DNA of 61,496 bases, taken from NCBI GenBank assembly GCA_913030915.1, contig CAJWEW010000006.1, forward strand, positions 1 through 61,496, given 5' to 3'. The notes under the pieces are model-generated. The model was not told the origin of the DNA, ran no database searches, and worked only from the letters and a program-made list of their open reading frames with translations. Source of the stretch: an uncultured Rhodobiaceae bacterium (GTDB lineage: Bacteria > Pseudomonadota > Alphaproteobacteria > Rhizobiales > TMED25). A program made the position numbers and the translations under genes. This document shows positions 48,974-61,496 of the stretch, in pieces; the first letter of the stretch is position 1; every line of letters begins with the position of its first letter.

Positions 48974-49826
48974 TATAATTGAGGTTTTGATTAAATCTGA
49001 TAAATCTATCTCCCAATTTGATGATGATTTTTTATTCTCACAAAAGGTCCTGTCCATTTCACAATATACAAGTAATGGGGAATTATATTATAATCTGTTA
49101 TTTGATCAAAAAGATAAATCTTCTATAAAAAATTTAGTATCTAAGCTATTTGGCTCATCTCAGGGATTTCAAATTAATAAGCTAGAAAATAAGAACTGGG
49201 TCTTGGAAAGCCAAAAATTACTCGAACCACTTAGCTTCGATGGATTATACATTCACAATGATAGCTACAAAAAAGATAAATACAAAAAAATCAATATCTG
49301 CGTGAATGAAGGCCTTGCATTTGGAACTGGTCACCACGGAACAACAGCTGGATGCGTGAATGCACTACTGGATATAAAGAAAATTATTCATGTAAAGTAT
49401 TTTCTCGATATTGGAACAGGAAGCGGGCTGCTCTCTGTTGCTACCAACAAAATATGGAAATGCAAAGGCATTGGAATTGATCATGACAAAAAAGCTATTG
49501 AAGTAGCTAGGAATAATATCATCAAAAACGATTGTAAAAATAAGGTAAGCGTTGGGATCCTAGACATTACTAAAGAGTCACATAAGCTTAGGAATTCGGG
49601 AAAATTCGATCTTATTATGATTAATATTTTCGCAAATATTATCATTCAGGCAAGACACATTATCTCAAATCTTATATCAAGTAATGGGATTTTGATAGCA
49701 TCTGGTTTCACAAGAGAACAGAAAAGAAAGATCAAAGTTTGTTACCAAAATCTGGGGTTCACGCTCTTAAAAGAATACACTCTTAATGGATGGGTAACCT
49801 ATGTTTTGAGAGCTCCATGTATATAA
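48966..49826 (+). CDS. prmA: Ribosomal protein L11 methyltransferase
   Basis: AFGTGHHGTT, LDIGTGSGLL, NI.A and SG motifs. Confidence 0.9.
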   Translation: MTDIIEVLIKSDKSISQFDDDFLFSQKVLSISQYTSNGELYYNLLFDQKDKSSIKNLVSKLFGSSQGFQINKLENKNWVLESQKLLEPLSFDGLYIHNDSYKKDKYKKINICVNEGLAFGTGHHGTTAGCVNALLDIKKIIHVKYFLDIGTGSGLLSVATNKIWKCKGIGIDHDKKAIEVARNNIIKNDCKNKVSVGILDITKESHKLRNSGKFDLIMINIFANIIIQARHIISNLISSNGILIASGFTREQKRKIKVCYQNLGFTLLKEYTLNGWVTYVLRAPCI

Positions 49827-49867
49827 CGCGTTTGGTGAGTTTGTTTTTGATAAAATTAGCTCCATGA

Positions 49868-50023
49868 CTAATTTGATGATATACTCTTCTTTGTATTCTT
49901 ATGGCATTCAGCGTATACCTCTTTAAAAGAGCGTTTTACGTAGGTATTATTATTGATATCCTGCCTAATTGTTGTGATTAAGGCCTGAAAAAAATCATGA
50001 GAATTATTAAATAAGTATTTCAT
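49868..50023 (-). CDS. Putative small protein (51 aa)
   Basis: Hand-translated MKYLFNNSHDFFQALITTIRQDINNNTYVKRSFKEVYAECHKNTKKSISSN. No clear RBS. Confidence 0.3.
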   Translation of the reverse strand: MKYLFNNSHDFFQALITTIRQDINNNTYVKRSFKEVYAECHKNTKKSISSN

Positions 50024-50065
50024 TTATTTTGTCGCTGTTTTGTGTAAACCACCATAATGGCGTGT

Positions 50066-50245
50066 TTAGTTACGCTTACTGACTGATGTCTTATTTAATG
50101 ATGATAGTACATCGCCGATTGCGATACCTTCATTTCTTGCGAAATCTTTTGCTGCTTTAATTTGGGCCTTTTGTTTTTTCTCTGAACTGAAACTTAGCCC
50201 GTAAAATCCACTAGCTAAGCTGATTGAATAACTTGAAATTTCCAT
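50066..50245 (-). CDS. Putative small protein (59 aa)
   Basis: Hand-translated MEISSYSISLASGFYGLSFSSEKKQKAQIKAAKDFARNEGIAIGDVLSSLNKTSVSKRN, preceded by an AAAGGGAAAAA RBS. Just below the ORF-track cutoff. Confidence 0.55.
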   Translation of the reverse strand: MEISSYSISLASGFYGLSFSSEKKQKAQIKAAKDFARNEGIAIGDVLSSLNKTSVSKRN

Positions 50246-50343
50246 TTTTTCCCTTTCTGGTTTATATTTTTAGAATAAAGTTTCTTATAGTTGATATATA
50301 GTATTAAAAATGTTGTTTAGTAGTTCAAAAAATAGTTATTAGG

Positions 50344-50364
50344 TATGCATAAATTGCATGCATA
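50344..50364. promoter_or_regulatory. Candidate LysR-type operator
   Basis: TATGCAT-N7-ATGCATA perfect inverted repeat containing T-N11-A, in the divergent region between the small ORF and aminopeptidase P. Confidence 0.55.
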
Positions 50365-50403
50365 AGATTTATTCCCATAAAAGAAAAGCAATTCAAAAAA
50401 TGT

Positions 50404-55986
<5,583 letters not shown>

Positions 55987-55995
55987 CCATAAACT

Positions 55996-56796
55996 CTACT
56001 TATCTGTTCTCCAAACCCTACGAATCCATGTTTCTGGTTCCTCTTTGGGTTTTAGACCGGCTTGCGTCAGCTCACCATAAATATAATTATACCAATTACT
56101 GTTAGGGTAATTATAGCCCAGAATTGCAGCAGATGTTTGGGCCTCTACATATATGCCAAGCGCGAGATAGGAGTCGGAGTATCGTGCCAGCGCTTCCTCA
56201 ATATGAGATGTAGTCTGATATTCTGAGATTACTTCCTTGAATCTATTTATAGCAGCAGTAAACTGCTTTCTTTTTTGGTAAAACCTTCCAATTTCCATTA
56301 CTGATCCCGCAATATGATCTATAGCAAGATCTTTCTTGAGACGAGCATCTGCCGCATAATCAGAATTTGGAAATCTTTCTAGGATAGCATTAAATCGTTC
56401 AAGTGCATGTTTAGCATTATATTGATCTCTTCCAACATTAGCTATTTGTAAATAGTATGATTGGCCAATCAAGTAATTTGCATACGCGAGGTTATTTCCA
56501 TTCGGATATAATTGAGTGTATCTTGTTAGTTGACTTATGGCATCTTTGTATCTCTTACCTTCAAAGTAAGAGTATGACGCCATGATTAGAGCCTGCTCTG
56601 ACCAATTTGAATATGGGTATTCTCTCTCAATATTAAGAAATTCGCTTGCAGCCAACTCATATTCTTTTTCTTCGAGTAAATCAGCTGCAGAGTTATATAT
56701 TATACTCATATCTCTCTGGCTGAATGATTCAACAGGCATATCGGTTGCGCAACCAACCAATAATAAAAGAATTAATGGGACGATAATTTTCTGCAT
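55996..56796 (-). CDS. bamD: Outer membrane protein assembly lipoprotein BamD
   Basis: Lipobox LLVGC, TPR repeats (YPYS.W, FPNSDYA, IGRFY) and position lpxC-bamD-recN. Confidence 0.92.
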   Translation of the reverse strand: MQKIIVPLILLLLVGCATDMPVESFSQRDMSIIYNSAADLLEEKEYELAASEFLNIEREYPYSNWSEQALIMASYSYFEGKRYKDAISQLTRYTQLYPNGNNLAYANYLIGQSYYLQIANVGRDQYNAKHALERFNAILERFPNSDYAADARLKKDLAIDHIAGSVMEIGRFYQKRKQFTAAINRFKEVISEYQTTSHIEEALARYSDSYLALGIYVEAQTSAAILGYNYPNSNWYNYIYGELTQAGLKPKEEPETWIRRVWRTDK

Positions 56797-56845
56797 ATTG
56801 TGACACAACTATACAACATTCATATCAACATAGTATAGTCTATAT

Positions 56846-57790
56846 TTACTGATTAACAAGCTTCTGCTGTTCAATATGCTCGCTGTTCTCCGGCGATTTG
56901 ATGTCTTCTTCAAAATCGATTAAACGCCAAGAATTTTTATTTTCAAATAATTCTTTCAAAGCCAAATAATTAATATTGTGACCACCGCATATTGATGTAA
57001 ACTTCCCGATAATTCTGTAATCTGCGAGCATTAGATCACCGCAAATATCAAGTATTTTATGCCTTACAAATTCATCTATTGAATTTAAACCACTTGAATT
57101 CATAATATTTTTATCCGTAAGAACAATTGTATTTGACAGAGTTACCCCTAAACCATAACCCATTGAGTGTAATTTTTCTGCATGCTCGAGAAAACCAAAC
57201 GTTCTTGCATTCGATATTTCATTAAGAAAATTATCATAGTTGATTTCAATCTCCATCTTTTGTTTTCCAATCAACTGATGTTTGAAATCAATTTGCGCGT
57301 CAACAATTAGTTTATCATTTGGAGTGAAGCTGGCAAAAGCACTATTATGATTAACCACTATTGGCTCCAAGATTTTTATAAATTTTTTGGATTTCCCCTG
57401 GTTGATAATCTCATTATCCTGAATCCCATCCATAAAAATTTTGCTGCTTCCATCTAAAATTGGCACCTCAGGTCCATCAATTAATATCTCAACATTATCA
57501 ATATTTGCACCAAATATGGCGGCAAGTAGATGCTCAATGGTTAAAACAGAAACATCAAACTCATTTGAAATTTCAGTGCAATAATATGTAGATTTTACAT
57601 TTTTATAGTTTGCTTTGATTGTATTTTTACTAGGATCCTTAATATCGGTTCTCGTGAAAGAAATTCCAGAACCTGGATCTGATGGTTTTAATATCATACT
57701 GGACTTTGAGTTGGTATGAACGCCAATACCTACGAACTTAATATCGTCTTTAATTGTAGTTTGCATGTTAGACATGTTCTTTGCTCTCAC
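56846..57790 (-). CDS. lpxC: UDP-3-O-acyl-N-acetylglucosamine deacetylase
   Basis: GIGVH, TIEHLLAA, EVPILDGS, ARTFG and RHKILD..GDL. Confidence 0.96.
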   Translation of the reverse strand: MRAKNMSNMQTTIKDDIKFVGIGVHTNSKSSMILKPSDPGSGISFTRTDIKDPSKNTIKANYKNVKSTYYCTEISNEFDVSVLTIEHLLAAIFGANIDNVEILIDGPEVPILDGSSKIFMDGIQDNEIINQGKSKKFIKILEPIVVNHNSAFASFTPNDKLIVDAQIDFKHQLIGKQKMEIEINYDNFLNEISNARTFGFLEHAEKLHSMGYGLGVTLSNTIVLTDKNIMNSSGLNSIDEFVRHKILDICGDLMLADYRIIGKFTSICGGHNINYLALKELFENKNSWRLIDFEEDIKSPENSEHIEQQKLVNQ

Positions 57791-57855
57791 TAGTACCTAC
57801 ATTGATATACATATTTATCGGTATAAGCAATAGATCTATGTGAGATATTAATATA

Positions 57856-59682
57856 TTAATTTGCCTGTTTTTTTAGGAATGATGGTAATTCTAACTCACC
57901 CTCTGGGTCCAAAGAACCATCATCAATTGTATTATCTACAAGATCATCCTCTTTGTTTTCGACCAAATCAATATCCAGAAGGCTATCTTGGATTTCATTA
58001 TCGCTGGGTGCGCTCACTTTATCCAACACCTCTTCAGTATCACTCTTCAAATCAAAACTCTTTCCTTCTGTGAGGTCAGAGTCACTAGCACTCAAATCAT
58101 TAGAGAGGTTTTCCGTGTCCTGGTCTGTCTCAATGATACCTGACTTAGCAGTTTCAATTTCAGGCTCTTTTATGCCTAAATTATCGTCTATTTCGGTATT
58201 TGAGTTCAATCCTATGTTTGAATAGTTACTGTCAACCATGGGCGTTTGATCTGCTTGGTCTTTTTTCTTGAATCCGACGTTTACAAGCTTACTCAAAAAA
58301 CCACCTTTATTTCTTTTTTCGCCATCATCTAAGAGCTGTTCATTCATTGCCATTGAAATATTTTCATCTTTAATTGAGAAGAACTCACTCACTCTCGGTA
58401 TCTCATTTATTTCTTTTGTTGGTTGTCTTTTTTCATTAATATTCGCTTTACTCATTTTATCATTTATTGAATTTTCATTAACGGGCTTCCTCTTATCTTT
58501 TGACGTGAAAAAATTATGACTGCCATCTATTTTTTTTATTGATACGTCACCATCATATTTCCTGTCTTCATCTGCAGATTTAATATGGTTTGAGCTACCA
58601 CTTAAGGGTCGTATCTGAAAATCTTTTTGGTGATCTTCATCTCTCTCAATGTTTATCTTTGGAATAGTATAATTTTTATTAAATGTATAATTTGTAGAGT
58701 CAATATTCTTGATATTATTTTGAATACCAGTTGCTACCACAGATACCTTAACGGATCCCTCTAAATTAGAGTCAAAAGTTGCGCCGAGTATGATGTTCGC
58801 ATTATTATCTACCTCATCCCTTATTCTTGTAGCAACCTCATCAACTTCAAAAAGAGTAAGATCTTCACCGCCTGTTATTGAAATTAATAGGCCCTGCGCT
58901 CCTTTCATTGATACATCATCCAAAAGTGGATTCGAAATAGCTGCTTCTGCAGCTTCAATTGCCCTTTTTTCTCCTGAAGCTTCCCCTGTACCCATCATAG
59001 CTTTGCCCATCCCAAACATAATTGACTTTACATCCGCAAAATCAAGATTTATCAATCCTTCTTTTACCATCAAGTCTGTAATACCAGACACCCCTGACAG
59101 AAGGACTTGATCTGCCATAGCAAAAGCATCTGAAAATGTTGTTTTTTCATTGGCAATTCTGAATAGATTTTGATTTGGAATTACAATTAATGTATCAACA
59201 TACTTGCTTAATTCTTCTATACCTTCATCCGCTATTTCCATCCGCCTTACACCTTCAAATTGAAATGGTTTCGTTACAACTGCAACTGTAAGAATTTCCT
59301 GCTCCTTACAAAGCTGCGCTATTACAGGTGCGGCGCCTGTGCCAGTTCCACCACCCATACCAGCTGTAATAAATACCATGTGTGACCCTGCAGAATAATC
59401 CAGTATTTCTGCCTGTGCCTCTTGAGCCGCCGCGGCGCCGATTTTTGGCTGCGAACCAGCTCCTAAACCTTCTGTTAGATTTGTCCCCATCTGTATTCGT
59501 CTATCAGCACTTGACATTGCAAGAGCTTGAGCATCAGTATTAGCAACAACAAATTCGACTCCATCTAATCCTTCTTGGATCATATTGTTTACAGCATTAC
59601 CACCTGCACCACCAACACCAAACACCGTAATTCTTGGCTTCAACTCACTCATAGCATCTGGAATCTTTAAATTTATTGTCAT
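57856..59682 (-). CDS. ftsZ: Cell division protein FtsZ with long C-terminal linker
   Basis: [26 protein letters not shown] and C-terminal [11 protein letters not shown] peptide. Confidence 0.98.
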   Translation of the reverse strand: MTINLKIPDAMSELKPRITVFGVGGAGGNAVNNMIQEGLDGVEFVVANTDAQALAMSSADRRIQMGTNLTEGLGAGSQPKIGAAAAQEAQAEILDYSAGSHMVFITAGMGGGTGTGAAPVIAQLCKEQEILTVAVVTKPFQFEGVRRMEIADEGIEELSKYVDTLIVIPNQNLFRIANEKTTFSDAFAMADQVLLSGVSGITDLMVKEGLINLDFADVKSIMFGMGKAMMGTGEASGEKRAIEAAEAAISNPLLDDVSMKGAQGLLISITGGEDLTLFEVDEVATRIRDEVDNNANIILGATFDSNLEGSVKVSVVATGIQNNIKNIDSTNYTFNKNYTIPKINIERDEDHQKDFQIRPLSGSSNHIKSADEDRKYDGDVSIKKIDGSHNFFTSKDKRKPVNENSINDKMSKANINEKRQPTKEINEIPRVSEFFSIKDENISMAMNEQLLDDGEKRNKGGFLSKLVNVGFKKKDQADQTPMVDSNYSNIGLNSNTEIDDNLGIKEPEIETAKSGIIETDQDTENLSNDLSASDSDLTEGKSFDLKSDTEEVLDKVSAPSDNEIQDSLLDIDLVENKEDDLVDNTIDDGSLDPEGELELPSFLKKQAN

Positions 59683-59735
59683 GATATTATTTCCTGTATT
59701 TATTTAACTCATAAAATCTCTAGGCTAATTAGTTT

Positions 59736-61037
59736 TTAGAAACTGTCCTTAAACCATCTCATCAAACTAGTAATAAAATTATTACCTGGATTATAAGATA
59801 AGCCTTTAGTGGTTATTTTTTTATTAACAAAAGTTTCATTCTGTGAATAAGTTAACATACCGCAAGCATTAGAAAAAATTGGATCCGAGATATCAAAATC
59901 TTGTGAGATTAGCCTTGGAACTGCGCGTCTAACTGGTGATTGAAAAATTTCACTGGCTAAATCATCAATGCCGATAAGCTGGCTTGCACCACCTGTAAGC
60001 ACCACTCTTTTTTGATTTAACAAACCTGGACTAATATTTTGAATCGTAGCCTTCACCTTCTCAAGCATATCTAAAGCACCCGTTCTGGATATATCAGCAA
60101 TAGTCGATTTATGAATTTGTTTCTCAGAGCTTGAATCTTCCTGATAGCCTAACTGTCGAATGCTAACAGTATCCCCATTATCGTATGAGTTAGTCAAAAC
60201 ACCGCCATACAAAATCTTTAGCTTTTCGGCGTCATCCATACTAATTGAAAGTGCGCGCGCAATATCAATAGTTATATTATTACCACCATATGGAACCACG
60301 CCCGCATAACGAAAAATATTATCAGAAAATATTGAATAAGACGTTGTTCCAGCCCCCATATCAATAACAATTGATCCAAGATTTGCTTCGTCAAGAGACA
60401 GAGTTGCAACAGCACTTGAAATCGGTGTAAAAATTATTCTTTCCACCTGTAAATGAGCACTTTCAATAACATTACTTATATTCTGAATGATACCTTTTGC
60501 ACAGGTTAAGTTATTTAGATTTATATCTAGTTTTTCTCCATACATCCCAACAGGATCTTCAATTAGATCAACTCCATCAATTGAAAATCCTAATGGAATG
60601 GTCTCAAATATTAATTTATCCGATGACTCATTTTGCTCCGTAGCTATTGATAATGCTTTCTCCAACTCTTTTTTTGTCACTTGGGTATCGTTTATTGGAA
60701 TGCTAATTTCATATAAATTCGACTCAACCTTGTCAGATGTGATGTTCACTGAAATTTTATCAATAGTTAGTGAGGACATTTTTTCAGCATCCTCAATCGC
60801 ATTTCTAATTGATAATTCGAGATTTGATGGATCAACTATGCTTCCATGTTCAAAACCAATGGATTTATGGTGCCCTAGCCCAAGAATTTCAAATTTTTCC
60901 CTGTAATTTTCAACAATGGTATTTTTTGCTATTAAACAAATAATTTTATCTGAACCAATATCCAACACTGCAGAAATTGTGTTAATATTTTTCTTAAGCT
61001 TCAATCCAGACATCTTATCAAATGACATCAAATACAT
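59736..61037 (-). CDS. ftsA: Cell division protein FtsA
   Basis: LDIGS.KI, IDMGAGTT, GG..IT.DIA, AEKLK and VLTGG. Confidence 0.95.
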   Translation of the reverse strand: MYLMSFDKMSGLKLKKNINTISAVLDIGSDKIICLIAKNTIVENYREKFEILGLGHHKSIGFEHGSIVDPSNLELSIRNAIEDAEKMSSLTIDKISVNITSDKVESNLYEISIPINDTQVTKKELEKALSIATEQNESSDKLIFETIPLGFSIDGVDLIEDPVGMYGEKLDINLNNLTCAKGIIQNISNVIESAHLQVERIIFTPISSAVATLSLDEANLGSIVIDMGAGTTSYSIFSDNIFRYAGVVPYGGNNITIDIARALSISMDDAEKLKILYGGVLTNSYDNGDTVSIRQLGYQEDSSSEKQIHKSTIADISRTGALDMLEKVKATIQNISPGLLNQKRVVLTGGASQLIGIDDLASEIFQSPVRRAVPRLISQDFDISDPIFSNACGMLTYSQNETFVNKKITTKGLSYNPGNNFITSLMRWFKDSF

Positions 61038-61051
61038 ATAAAACTCTTATA

Positions 61052-61295
61052 TTATATTTTTGAGCTGTTCATTATAACTCCGGTGGGCAGTATATCAATT
61101 CTATCGGGCAATCTCATGTCAATTATTTCAATATATCTGCTTAGAAGTGAGTACTCGTTATCCAAATCTTCTATTTCTTCGATCGCATTCGCTATATTCT
61201 TTTCCGGCAGGTGTATCGTTATTCCATTGTGTAAACGGATCGTCCAGCGTCGATCTCCGACCCTTAACAGAGATTTAATTTTTTTTTCAAACTCA
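61052..61295 (-). CDS. ftsQ: FtsQ C-terminal fragment (5' part replaced by foreign sequence)
   Basis: RVGDRRW.I.L.NG..I.LPE and IDMRLPDR are FtsQ beta-domain motifs. Sits in the expected position before ftsA. Confidence 0.8.
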
Positions 61296-61496
61296 GGATA
61301 TTCTTTTATCAAACTCTTAGTCCCCACACCCTTTACTCCAGGTATGCTGTCTGATCTATCACCATCTATCACCCTACAGGTTAGGACATTTTGTGGATAA
61401 ATTCCAAACTCTTTTCTCACTAATTCCTTATCATAGGTTATCTTCTTTGTCGGCGAATACATTTGAACTCTATCACTTACCAACTGATAGAAATCT
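61290..61496 (-). other. Fragment of a 5'-3' exonuclease (FEN/Pol I N-terminal/phage RNase H-like), in frame with the FtsQ fragment
   Basis: Frame is open to the window end: DFYQLVSDRVQMYSPTKK...EFGIYPQN...IDGDRSDSIPGVKGVGTKSL, i.e. D.D..QL plus the helix-3-turn-helix GD.SD.IPGV.G.G.K motif. Confidence 0.8.

Noticed and set aside
61052-61483. Treating the last ORF as a genuine novel 143-aa nuclease-FtsQ fusion protein
   Set aside because: The frame is open beyond the window end, both halves are incomplete domains, and loss of the FtsQ N-terminus should be lethal. It is reported as a probable chimera instead.

Overview
AT-rich, tightly packed chromosome segment of a streamlined alphaproteobacterium. 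The permuted two-piece tmRNA and the Rhizobiales-like order ssrA-sspB-fumC and thyA-folA-hflKC-degP-serB-miaA-ilvIH support this; a marine Hyphomicrobiales-type lineage is my inference. The left half (1-30.6 kb, downstream of the 3' end of tRNA-Lys) is accessory. It holds a ~19.6 kb regulator-free cluster of orphan catabolic enzymes with NitT/TauT and MFS transporters, possibly an uncharacterised pathway for a (hetero)aromatic or amide compound. It also holds a Mn/Fe/Zn TroABCD-type transporter whose first permease has a DtxR-like tail, and a Liv-type ABC transporter. The right half is core genome: an ilvI-ilvH-ilvC-leuA operon with a clear leader-peptide attenuator, miaA, serB, degP, hflKC, folA, thyA, tmRNA, sspB, fumC, uvrD, prmA, aminopeptidase P and ligA-recN-bamD-lpxC-ftsZ-ftsA. 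The last ORF is an in-frame chimera of a phage-like 5'-3' exonuclease fragment and the FtsQ C-terminus, most likely an amplification or assembly artefact. Two small unannotated ORFs lie behind a LysR-type palindrome at about 50 kb. All product calls come from recognising motifs by eye; no searches were run.
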